NCBI GenBank assembly: GCA_017516825.1
Contig: JAFXBC010000011.1
Location: 1,513-65,512, forward strand
Direction: 5' to 3'
Length of the DNA: 64,000 bases
DNA from: Clostridia bacterium
Lineage (GTDB): Bacteria > Bacillota > Clostridia > Oscillospirales > CAG-382
The notes below the pieces were generated by a model. That model was given only the letters and a program-made list of their open reading frames with translations. It did no database searches and had not been told where the DNA came from. A program made the translations under genes and the position numbers. Positions 1 through 8,045 of the stretch are shown here, one piece after another (position 1 is the first letter of the stretch; every line of letters begins with the position of its first letter).

Positions 1-1
1 C

Positions 2-190
2 GAGGCGGCGGCAGGGGGTGCAGGCTCTGCCCGGGGTACCGGCGGCATGGTGGCAAAGCTCCAAAGCGCCCGCACGGTGACGGAAGCGGGGATTCCTATG
101 ATCATCTGCAACGGTGACGACCCCGCCATGCTGTACGCCATTCTGGACGGTACCTTCATCGGCACCTATTTTGAAGCGAAAGGAATTTGA
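2..190 (+). CDS. proB: glutamate 5-kinase, C-terminal fragment (5' end outside window)
   Basis: Frame 2 reads ...GSARGTGGMVAKLQSARTVTEAGIPMIICNGDDP...FEAKGI*. GTGGM-xx-KL is the amino-acid-kinase ProB motif. Stop TGA 188-190 sits just before the proA ATG; no PUA domain follows. Confidence 0.8.
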   Translation, partial: EAAAGGAGSARGTGGMVAKLQSARTVTEAGIPMIICNGDDPAMLYAILDGTFIGTYFEAKGI

Positions 191-192
191 GT

Positions 193-1428
193 ATGACCAT
201 TCGTGAGATCTGCCTGCGGGGCAGGGAAGCCATCCCCGCGTTACAAGCGTCCTCGGGGCAACAGCGGAACGACGCCTTGCTTGCCATGGAAAGGCTGCTT
301 TTGCGGGACGTGGACACTATTTTGGAAGCCAATCAAAAGGATCTGGCACACGCCTCGGAAAACGGCGTTCCCACCCAAATGCTGGATCGCCTCAAGCTGA
401 CGGAAGCCCGCCTGCAGGCCATCGCCTCCGCATTACGGGAGGTTGCTGCCCTCCCCGACCCCTTGGGGCTGGGAGAGGAATGGGTGCGCCCCAACGGACT
501 TACCGTCCGCCGTCTCACCGTGCCCATCGGGCTGATCGCCATGATCTACGAGGCACGTCCCAACGTAACGGCGGATGCCGCCGCCTTGGCGGTAAAATCC
601 GGCAACTGCGTGGTGTTGCGAGGAGGCAAGGAAGCCTTCTTCACCAACTGCGCCATGGTAAATTCCCTGCGGGAGGCCATGACCTCCGTGGGTCTGCCTG
701 CAGATTGTATCACCATGCCCGAGGATCCCTCCCGTGAGACCGCAACCCAACTGATGCAGTTGCGGGGGATCGTGGATCTGCTGATCCCCAGAGGGGGCAA
801 GGGCTTGATCCGCTCCGTGGTGGATAACGCCACCGTGCCCGTTATCGAGACGGGGGCGGGGAATTGTCACGTTTTCGTGGATGCAAGTGCAGATATGGAT
901 ATGGCCCTTTCCGTGGTGGACAACGCCAAACGGCAAAGGCCTTCGGTGTGCAACGCCGCAGAGGGTCTTTTGGTGCATCGCGATATTGCAAAAACCTTCT
1001 TGCCCTTGTTGAAAGCCCGTCTTGCCGACGTGGAATTGCGGGGGTGCGAGGAGACCTGCGCCATCCTGCCCGATTGCGTGCCTGCAACGGAGGAGGAGTT
1101 CTACAAGGAATACAACGACCTCATCCTCCACGTGAAGGTGGTGGGTGACGTAGAGGAGGCAATCGCCTTTACCAACGCCCACAACACCGGGCATTCCGAG
1201 GCCATCCTCACGGAAAGCCTTACCAACGCACAAAAATTCACCGCAGGCATCGACGCCGCGGCGGTATACGTCAACGCCTCCACCCGTTTTACCGACGGCG
1301 GGGAGTTCGGCTTCGGTGCGGAGATCGGCATCTCCACCCAGAAAATGCACGCCAGAGGCCCCATGGGGCTTTCCGCCCTTACCACGGTGAAGTACGTGGT
1401 CTGGGGGAACGGACAGATCCGCGGGTAA
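193..1428 (+). CDS. proA: gamma-glutamyl phosphate reductase
   Basis: C-terminal VNASTRFTDGGEFGFGAEIGISTQKMHARGPMG is typical of ProA, and it follows proB. ATG 193 preferred over the track's TTG 187. Confidence 0.9.
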   Translation: MTIREICLRGREAIPALQASSGQQRNDALLAMERLLLRDVDTILEANQKDLAHASENGVPTQMLDRLKLTEARLQAIASALREVAALPDPLGLGEEWVRPNGLTVRRLTVPIGLIAMIYEARPNVTADAAALAVKSGNCVVLRGGKEAFFTNCAMVNSLREAMTSVGLPADCITMPEDPSRETATQLMQLRGIVDLLIPRGGKGLIRSVVDNATVPVIETGAGNCHVFVDASADMDMALSVVDNAKRQRPSVCNAAEGLLVHRDIAKTFLPLLKARLADVELRGCEETCAILPDCVPATEEEFYKEYNDLILHVKVVGDVEEAIAFTNAHNTGHSEAILTESLTNAQKFTAGIDAAAVYVNASTRFTDGGEFGFGAEIGISTQKMHARGPMGLSALTTVKYVVWGNGQIRG

Positions 1429-1471
1429 TATTGGACAACCACCCTCACATACCATTGTGAGGGTGATCGTC

Positions 1472-2161
1472 ATGTTGCAAACCGTTTTAACCGTTCTTTC
1501 CCGTTTTTTCGGGCTGTTCCTCCGTGCGTCGGGGACGAATTCCTTTCCCCCGCCCCTTTCCAAGGCCAAGGAAAAGGAGCTGTTCCTCAAAGCCAGGGCA
1601 GGGGATATGACTGCCCGCAATACCCTCATCGAGCATAACCTCCGCCTGGTGGCTCACATCGTGAAAAAATACTACCTTTCCCATCGGGAGCAGGAGGATC
1701 TCCTTTCCGTGGGGACGGTGGGGCTGATCAAGGCCATCGACAGCTACGACGTGGAAAACGGGGCAAGGTTTGCCACCTACGCAGGGAAATGTCTGCAAAA
1801 CGAGATCTTAATGTACTTCCGCGCCCAGAAGAAGCACGCCATGGAGACCTCCATTAACGAACCCGTGGACGTGGACAAAGAGGGGAATCCCCTCACCTAT
1901 CTGGACATTCTTTCCGACGACGAGGATATCGTGGAGACCTTGGACACCAAGATCAAGCACTCCAAGGTGTACAGCGCCGTGCGGGAGGTTCTGGACGAAC
2001 GGGAAAGAGCTGTGATCGTTTTGCGCTACGGCCTGACCGAAAGCGGCAGGGTGTACGCCCAACGGGAGGTGGCACAGCGCATGGGGATCTCCCGCTCCTA
2101 CGTGTCCAGAATCGAAAAAGCGGCTCTTGAAAAGATCAAAAAATACCTGGGAAGCCCATAA
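1472..2161 (+). CDS. sigK: sporulation sigma factor SigK (pro-sigma-K, uninterrupted)
   Basis: IEHNLRLVAHIVKKY and GISRSYVSRIEKAAL parallel B. subtilis SigK. A hydrophobic ~25-aa pro-sequence precedes FPPPLS. GAGGGTG lies 6 nt before ATG 1472 (track starts at GTG 1457). Confidence 0.85.
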   Translation: MLQTVLTVLSRFFGLFLRASGTNSFPPPLSKAKEKELFLKARAGDMTARNTLIEHNLRLVAHIVKKYYLSHREQEDLLSVGTVGLIKAIDSYDVENGARFATYAGKCLQNEILMYFRAQKKHAMETSINEPVDVDKEGNPLTYLDILSDDEDIVETLDTKIKHSKVYSAVREVLDERERAVIVLRYGLTESGRVYAQREVAQRMGISRSYVSRIEKAALEKIKKYLGSP

Positions 2162-2166
2162 AAGAC

Positions 2167-2195
2167 TTGCCAAAACGGAATTTATATAGTATAAT
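2167..2195 (+). promoter_or_regulatory. sigma-A-type promoter TTGCCA-N17-TATAAT
   Basis: TTGCCA 2167-2172, 17-nt spacer, TATAAT 2190-2195, upstream of the 2231 gene. Confidence 0.5.
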
Positions 2196-2230
2196 GGGGA
2201 TGTAAAAAACAAGGAGACCATTCTGCTTTC

Positions 2231-2689
2231 ATGAAGTATCTGATCACGTTTCTTATCAGTATGCTCCCCATCGTGGAGCTGAGAGGCGCAATTCCCTACG
2301 GCATCGGCTTCGGGCTGGATATCCTGCCCGTGATCCTGATCTCCGTGGTGGGCAATCTGCTCCCCATCCCTTTCCTCATCCTGTTCGGCGGCAAGGTGCT
2401 GAATTGGTTCGCGAAATTTCCCAAGCTGGGCAAGCCCTTCCGCAAGATTTTGGAGATCGGCGAAAAGAAGGTCGCCAAGATGCATAAGACCCTGTTCTGG
2501 GGATTGTTCCTGTTTGTAGCCATCCCCCTGCCCGGTACGGGTGCCTGGACGGGCGCCTTGATCTCCATCCTTTTGGGGCTGAAGCTTCGCAAATGCTTCC
2601 CTCCCATCGTCTTGGGCGTTTTGGGCGCAGGCGCTATCATGCTTACCCTGTCCGTGGTGGCGAAGGGATTGTTCGAAGCACTTATTTAA
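2231..2689 (+). CDS. small multi-pass membrane protein (COG2426 / small-multidrug-export-like family, from memory)
   Basis: 152 aa with several hydrophobic helices and an N-terminal LPIVELRGAIPYG motif. Confidence 0.55.
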   Translation: MKYLITFLISMLPIVELRGAIPYGIGFGLDILPVILISVVGNLLPIPFLILFGGKVLNWFAKFPKLGKPFRKILEIGEKKVAKMHKTLFWGLFLFVAIPLPGTGAWTGALISILLGLKLRKCFPPIVLGVLGAGAIMLTLSVVAKGLFEALI

Positions 2690-2726
2690 GTCAAAAAATA
2701 CACAGATCATAAAGAGGTAAAAAACT

Positions 2727-4460
2727 ATGGCAAAGTTCAGCATCGGCGTTATGACCGACTCCTTCAAGCTTCCCTTTGAGCAGGGCTTGGCAAAGGCCGC
2801 TGAGGTAGGCGCTCAGGGCATCCAGCTCTACGTGGTGGACGGCGAAATGAAGTACGACACCTTTGACGACGCAAAGGTTGCCCGCGTACGCGCTCTGTTG
2901 GAGCAGTACGGCCTGGTGATCTCCGCAGTTTGCGGCGATTTCGGCGGCCACGGCTTCGAGCGTGCAGACGAGAACGCATGGAAGATCCCCGCCTCCAAGG
3001 CAGTGGCAGATCTGGCCGTCCGTCTGGGCACCAAGGTGGTTACCACCCACATCGGCGTTGTTCCCGAGGATCCCGCAGACCCCGCAAAGGCAGATACCGC
3101 CTGCGAGGCTTACCACAACATGGTTGCCGCTTGCCGCGAGATCGGTGAGTACGCCGCATCCGTTGGCGTAACCTTCGCCATTGAGACCGGTCCCGAACCT
3201 GCAGAGCGTTTGAAGGCCTTCCTGGACGACGTGAACAGCAAGGGCTTCGGCGTCAACATGGACCCCGCTAACCTTGTTATGTGCACCGGTACCGACCCCG
3301 TTGCCGCAGTTTACACCCTGGGCAATTACATCGTTCACACCCATGCCAAGGACGGCAAGGGCTTCATCATCGATCCCCGCAAGGTATACACCTTCTTCGC
3401 AGAAGGCGGTATCGAGGATCTCCGTCTTTCCGATTACTTCCTGGAGGTTCCTCTGGGCGAGGGCAACGTACCCTTCGACGCGTATCTGAAGGCTTTGGAG
3501 GACATCGGCTTTAACGGCTTCTTGACCGTAGAGCGCGAGTGCGGCGAGGATCCCTATGCGGACATTCTGAAGGCCGTGAACTTCTTGAAGAGCAAGATCG
3601 GCGACAAGAAAGTGAAGAAGATCGGCTTTATCGACTACTTCTTAGAGGAGTGGCACGCTCTCAACTATCCCCAGTTCATCCGCAACGCAGACCCGGATTG
3701 TGAGTTCGTAGTGGCTTACGCCTACGCAGAGCTGGATAAGAAGCCCGGCGGCAATATGACCACCGACGAATTCTGCGAAAAGTTCGGCATCCAGAAGTGC
3801 GATTCCATCGAAGAAGTGGTGGAAAAGAGCGACTGCCTGGTAGTCATGAGCCCCGACAACCCCGAAAGACACTGGGATCTCTGCCAGCTTCCTCTCCGTA
3901 GCGGCAAGCCCGTTTACGTAGACAAGACCTTCGCCCTCACCAAGCAGATCGCCATCGACCTGGTGAAGCTGGGCGAAGAGAACAACACCCCCTTCTTCTC
4001 CTCCTCTGCTCTCCGCTTTGCAGACGAATTGAAGACCCTTTCCAAGGAAGGCATCGTATACATCAACTCCCGCGGCCCCGGTAACTTCGACACCTACGCC
4101 ATCCACCAGCTGGAGCCCATGCTCATGCTGATGGGCAGCAACGTCAGCCGTGTCATGTCCATCGGCAGCGGCAAGTACGAATCCATGGTGCTGGAGTTTG
4201 CCGACGGCAGAAGCGCCGTGATGTCTCACTACGGCTGGAACGGCGGTATCGACTTTGAGTTCGTGGCAAGCTATGCCGACGGCACCAACGTCAAGATCCC
4301 CGCTATGTCCAACACCTTCCCCAACTTCATTGCTTCCATGCTGGACTTCTTCCGCACCGGCAAGATCTACGCCGCTCACGACGAGACCGTAGCCATCATG
4401 GCCGTGATCGAGGCAGGCAACCGCGCCCTCAAGACCCCCGGCGTCTGGGTTGAGGTTTAA
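2727..4460 (+). CDS. fusion protein: xylose-isomerase-like TIM barrel (sugar phosphate isomerase/epimerase family) + Gfo/Idh/MocA-like C-terminal half
   Basis: The first ~290 aa look like the AP-endonuclease-2/xylose-isomerase TIM fold (GVMTDSF..., TTHIGV, FAIETG, HAKDG, TVERE). After a KKVKK linker, KIGFIDYFLEEWHALNYP... resembles an oxidoreductase Rossmann half but has no GxGxxG. Confidence 0.6.
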   Translation: MAKFSIGVMTDSFKLPFEQGLAKAAEVGAQGIQLYVVDGEMKYDTFDDAKVARVRALLEQYGLVISAVCGDFGGHGFERADENAWKIPASKAVADLAVRLGTKVVTTHIGVVPEDPADPAKADTACEAYHNMVAACREIGEYAASVGVTFAIETGPEPAERLKAFLDDVNSKGFGVNMDPANLVMCTGTDPVAAVYTLGNYIVHTHAKDGKGFIIDPRKVYTFFAEGGIEDLRLSDYFLEVPLGEGNVPFDAYLKALEDIGFNGFLTVERECGEDPYADILKAVNFLKSKIGDKKVKKIGFIDYFLEEWHALNYPQFIRNADPDCEFVVAYAYAELDKKPGGNMTTDEFCEKFGIQKCDSIEEVVEKSDCLVVMSPDNPERHWDLCQLPLRSGKPVYVDKTFALTKQIAIDLVKLGEENNTPFFSSSALRFADELKTLSKEGIVYINSRGPGNFDTYAIHQLEPMLMLMGSNVSRVMSIGSGKYESMVLEFADGRSAVMSHYGWNGGIDFEFVASYADGTNVKIPAMSNTFPNFIASMLDFFRTGKIYAAHDETVAIMAVIEAGNRALKTPGVWVEV

Positions 4461-4469
4461 GTTCTGACC

Positions 4470-5519
4470 GTGGCCGGTATGCAAAAGGGTATCCTGCTGT
4501 ACACAAGCTATTGGGGCTACAGCGGAACCAAATATTACGTACCCACCGATGAGGAGCTGCAAAAGCTCCTCTCGGCATCCGAGGAGATCCTGCTGATCCC
4601 CATCGCCGCCTTCAACCGCTACAAGGATGAAGAGGGAAACGAAAAGCAGGTCTTGGACGAGAATACCCTGTCTTCCATGACTCCCGATATGGTGGGGGAT
4701 CCCGCCATGCTGGAGACCATCAAGGCCGAGTATGCGCCCCGTGTGGAGACTTATCTCCGTGCCAACTTCCATATGGATGACTACGTTGAGGACGCCGTGG
4801 CCTATGCCAGACGGCTGGTGAAGCTGAACCCTGCTGTGAAGCTGTGGTTTTCCGTTCCCCACGAGGGCTGTCTCCACGCCCTGACCCATCTGTTTGCAGA
4901 TGCCTGGGTGTACGCTGTTCACCGCGTGAAGGAAGTCTTAGAGCCGGAGATCTGGGAAAACAACGTGCAGGGCATCTACTTCTCCCTAGAGGACATCGTC
5001 ACCGCCTACTACACCAAGTTTGATCCTTCCTGTCCCCAGGAGGATTTCCACAGCCCCATGGTGTATTCCATGCGGAAGGTTTCCCAAGCCGCCCACAGCT
5101 ACGGCAAGGAATGCCTGTGGATCCCTTACTATCACGGTGCCGCCTGCTCCCATACCAATCTGGGACACGTGGTCAACCGCACGGACATTTTCGACACCGT
5201 CATCATCCAGCCCTCCTATTTCTTCCGTGCAGAACGGACGCCGGAGCTGGGCATCGTGGCGGAATGTGTGAGACAGCAGCAGGTCATCGATACCGACGGC
5301 AGTGTCATCGGCGGGGAAAAGACCTCCAAAACCGTCATCGGCTTCGAGATGGAGATCGATCACCAGTTCTTCGACAAGGAAGATTACAAGGAGCGTTACT
5401 TCGCTTACGAGAAGGCCTTTGGCGAGTTCGTAGGGAAGTATCCCACCGCCTACTACGCAGGCTGTCCCGACACCGCCGTGAAGGTGGCAGACCTGATGAA
5501 GAAGTTTTTACAGCAATAA
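4470..5519 (+). CDS. hypothetical protein, glycoside-hydrolase-like domain (resembles DUF4855 as I recall), no signal peptide
   Basis: Shares motif order with the C-terminal half of the 57515-60589 protein: CLWIPYYHGA vs LLWIPYYVAN, VIIQPSYFF vs VCMQPNVMF, GFEMEIDHQF vs SVEIEHSYQA. Start is uncertain (GTG 4470 or ATG 4479). Confidence 0.6.
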   Translation: MAGMQKGILLYTSYWGYSGTKYYVPTDEELQKLLSASEEILLIPIAAFNRYKDEEGNEKQVLDENTLSSMTPDMVGDPAMLETIKAEYAPRVETYLRANFHMDDYVEDAVAYARRLVKLNPAVKLWFSVPHEGCLHALTHLFADAWVYAVHRVKEVLEPEIWENNVQGIYFSLEDIVTAYYTKFDPSCPQEDFHSPMVYSMRKVSQAAHSYGKECLWIPYYHGAACSHTNLGHVVNRTDIFDTVIIQPSYFFRAERTPELGIVAECVRQQQVIDTDGSVIGGEKTSKTVIGFEMEIDHQFFDKEDYKERYFAYEKAFGEFVGKYPTAYYAGCPDTAVKVADLMKKFLQQ

Positions 5520-5531
5520 ATGCAAAAAGAA

Positions 5532-5560
5532 AGAAGCGTCGATTTGACGCTTCTTTTTTA
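5532..5560. terminator. bidirectional intrinsic terminator
   Basis: AGAAGCGTC-GATTT-GACGCTTCT stem-loop flanked by an A-run and a T-run, between convergent genes. Confidence 0.7.
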
Positions 5561-5587
5561 TACGTTGAAGGTGCAGACCGTGAGTAA

Positions 5588-6346
5588 CTAAAAGCGCAGG
5601 ACCTTTTTGACAAGCTTTTTGTCGCAATACAAACGAATATAAAAGCTACTCAGTTCCACTTTTATATAACGCTTTTTTGCCCCTGATGAGAATTTCCCTT
5701 TCAACAGAATATTACGGGCGATGACGCCGAGACCGCGGTATTGATCTGCGGTCTTTCCGTCGATCTCCAGAGAAAGGATGCCTGTAGGCTTAAAAACACG
5801 GATGATATGTCCGTCGATAGTGGTTTCCAACCACGGCTTACCCAGATCATTTCTGCGAATGGAGATCCAGCAACGGATCAAGAGAAATGCAAAAAACAGA
5901 GTGGCCAACATAGCAAGCGGGGAGACAGCCATGCCCAAGATCTGATTGTTCTGATTCACTTCTACGTAATCGGAGAGCTTCAGAAGCACGGTCGTGCCGC
6001 AGGTCAGCTCGCAGATGCGGAATTCGCCAAGGCTTTGATAATACACGTGAACGGTATCGTATTGCTTAAGACCGTTCAGCGCATTCTTATCCAATCGCAT
6101 TACCGCGACGGAGGAAATCTCGAATGGTTCTGTGTATTCTTCAAAAAACAGGTCGTAAAAATAGCGGCCCTTTCCCCAGCTTCTTTTTTCGAAACTGAGA
6201 AAGGTCAGATCCTCGGATATCAAATCGTCATAGGTGATATCGTACGAGGGGTATAATTCCAGACAATTACAAAACAGGAAGAGGAAGAAAATGAAAAGCA
6301 GCAGGCAGAAGATCAGACCAATGATGATGCCGAGTTTTGTTTTCAT
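5588..6346 (-). CDS. orphan membrane protein (2 predicted TM), AT-rich gene
   Basis: Start MKTKLGIIIGLIF preceded by GGAGGCAAGC. The second hydrophobic helix is GMAVSPLAMLATLFFAFLLI. No family recognised; visibly AT-richer than its neighbours. Confidence 0.55.
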   Translation of the reverse strand: MKTKLGIIIGLIFCLLLFIFFLFLFCNCLELYPSYDITYDDLISEDLTFLSFEKRSWGKGRYFYDLFFEEYTEPFEISSVAVMRLDKNALNGLKQYDTVHVYYQSLGEFRICELTCGTTVLLKLSDYVEVNQNNQILGMAVSPLAMLATLFFAFLLIRCWISIRRNDLGKPWLETTIDGHIIRVFKPTGILSLEIDGKTADQYRGLGVIARNILLKGKFSSGAKKRYIKVELSSFYIRLYCDKKLVKKVLRF

Positions 6347-6419
6347 GCTTGCCTCCTTTTGAGAGAACTGTATTTCCGATACGATCATACCATATCTTCA
6401 TCTTTTTTTGTGCGGGGGC

Positions 6420-7889
6420 TTATTTCTTTTTCTTTCTGATCATCCACACCGCAAGGCCTGCCAGAAGGACGACCCCTGCCCCGACGGGGAGCAGAATTTT
6501 CCAAAGTGTACTTTCTTCTGTGGGGAGCGGGGTAGGCGCGGTGCTTTCGGGGAGTGTTTCTACCTTGCTTTCCCCTTCGCTTTCGGCCTCCGAGGGCTCG
6601 GTCTCAAGGTAGGTTTCCTTGTAATAGGCGCTTTCCGTGTAGGTCTTCAACATTCCCAGCATAGCCCCTGCTTCGGAATTGTAGAAGGGGTAGGGATAGC
6701 CCTTGGTGCCGAAGGTGGTGCGGATCATACGGATATACGTCTCCAGCCGTTCGTAGTCACCCATGGTGGCCGCAACCCCTGCGATGGATGCCCAGGGGAA
6801 GGTGTCTCCCGTTTTCAAGACCTGCCAGCCCTTTTCCCGGGTGCCGAAATGGCGGTTGAATTTCTCGTAAAGCGCCTCTGCCCGTTCCCCGGCGGGGTCG
6901 ATCACCCCTGCGGAGATGGGAAACAGTTGGGCGGCGGCGTCGGGATAAAAAATATTCCAATCGGGCTTTGCAGGCTTGTTGCCGTCGGCGAAAACGTAGG
7001 GATAGTAAGCCCCGTTCTCTTCGGACCAGAGATGCTTTTTGATGGCGGCCTTCACCGTCTCCGCAAGACCTGCCAGCTCCTCTGCCAAAGCCTTGTCGCC
7101 GTAAAGGTCCTCCATCAGCTTGGAAGCCGCCACAAGTCCGTCGTATACCTCGCAGTTGTCCATCAGGTAGCAGACCATGTAGTTGGGCTTGGCACCCGTC
7201 AGCCCCAGGGCAGGAACGTAGGTGGATTTCAAGGCGTTCAGCACCCGCAGAACCTCCTCCTTCTTGTCTGTCAGGAAGTCTCCGCCGTAGTTTTTGTGGT
7301 ATTCGTACAGCACCCGCAGGAAGCAGGCGGCGTAGGAATCGGTGGAATCGTAATCGTAGGGATTGTCTGCGGGATTTGCCGGGTATTGATGGGCGTGGAA
7401 CTGACGGACGGTCACCTCCACAATATGATCCTTGTCCTTAGGATCCACAAAGCAATAGTAGTCGTAGACCGTACCGTCCACACCGTTGATATCGGCGGTT
7501 TTGTCGTTTAAGTGGGCAAAATACCAGCCGATGAACCGCTCTGCAGGCTCCTTTGCTTGCTCCGGAGAGGTCTTCAGCATCCCCAGAATGGAAAGCTGGG
7601 AGAAATAGGGAACGATCTTGGCAAAGGGCCATTTGGTATACACCTCCGGGGCAACGCCGTCCACCGTCTCCAGATGAGAGGTGTCCACCACCATCGCGGA
7701 AGTGGGCTTGCTCATGGGGAAAGCCCCGTTTGCCAGCACCAGACCGTCAATGTATTCCGTCAGATCGGAAATCTGTTCCTCTGCCACTTCGTTCACTCCT
7801 TTTTGCGCGTTAACCCCCGTGAGGGGAACCATCGTTAACAGTAAGACCGCCAATGTTCCCACCGTCAGTCGTTTGAACAATCCTTTCAT
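6420..7889 (-). CDS. secreted, C-terminally membrane-anchored protein (possible alpha/alpha-barrel glycan-active fold)
   Basis: N-terminal signal peptide (LLLTMVPLTGVNAQ), an E/S/T/P linker, then a C-terminal TM helix plus a KKKK tail. No catalytic family recognised. Confidence 0.6.
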   Translation of the reverse strand: MKGLFKRLTVGTLAVLLLTMVPLTGVNAQKGVNEVAEEQISDLTEYIDGLVLANGAFPMSKPTSAMVVDTSHLETVDGVAPEVYTKWPFAKIVPYFSQLSILGMLKTSPEQAKEPAERFIGWYFAHLNDKTADINGVDGTVYDYYCFVDPKDKDHIVEVTVRQFHAHQYPANPADNPYDYDSTDSYAACFLRVLYEYHKNYGGDFLTDKKEEVLRVLNALKSTYVPALGLTGAKPNYMVCYLMDNCEVYDGLVAASKLMEDLYGDKALAEELAGLAETVKAAIKKHLWSEENGAYYPYVFADGNKPAKPDWNIFYPDAAAQLFPISAGVIDPAGERAEALYEKFNRHFGTREKGWQVLKTGDTFPWASIAGVAATMGDYERLETYIRMIRTTFGTKGYPYPFYNSEAGAMLGMLKTYTESAYYKETYLETEPSEAESEGESKVETLPESTAPTPLPTEESTLWKILLPVGAGVVLLAGLAVWMIRKKKK

Positions 7890-7981
7890 ACGCAGACCTC
7901 CATGTCGTATCCCTTTGCATCAATTATAGCATAGTTGGTTTTTTCTGTCAAGAAAAATGCTCTGTGACTTAAAGTCTTTCC

Positions 7982-8010
7982 TTGACAACCCACGCCGTTT
8001 ATGCTAAACT
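7982..8010 (+). promoter_or_regulatory. sigma-A-type promoter TTGACA-N17-(TGc)TAAACT
   Basis: TTGACA 7982-7987, 17-nt spacer, TAAACT 8005-8010 with a TG at -15/-14. The block TAAACTGAAAAAAACG is repeated at 53971-53986. Confidence 0.5.
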
Positions 8011-8045
8011 GAAAAAAACGCTTTGAAAAGAAAGAGGATATCACA

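Noticed and set aside
433-1629. Long antisense ORFs throughout the window. Examples: 433-1629(-), 1808-2767(-), 3642-4922(-), 8004-9359(-), 12122-13132(+), 16108-17112(+), 16782-17858(+), 18878-20140(+), 27085-27951(-), 27996-29102(-), 29578-30897(-), 32722-34146(-), 36271-37998(-), 38080-39099(-), 41439-43241(-), 54154-55914(-).
   Set aside because: Each lies opposite a gene with clear family motifs. Their translations are Gly/Arg/His/Pro-rich low-information sequences typical of shadow ORFs in GC-rich DNA. No RBS or family motifs were seen.
1457-2161. Possibility that sigK is split by a skin-like element or truncated.
   Set aside because: Regions 2 through 4 are contiguous in one 230-codon frame with a normal pro-sequence. 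No recombinase is nearby.
6420-6510. C-terminal LPVGAG + hydrophobic stretch + KKKK tail of the 489-aa secreted protein as a sortase (LPxTG) sorting signal.
   Set aside because: There is no Thr at position 4, and the motif lies inside the TM helix rather than before it. A plain C-terminal membrane anchor is the simpler reading.
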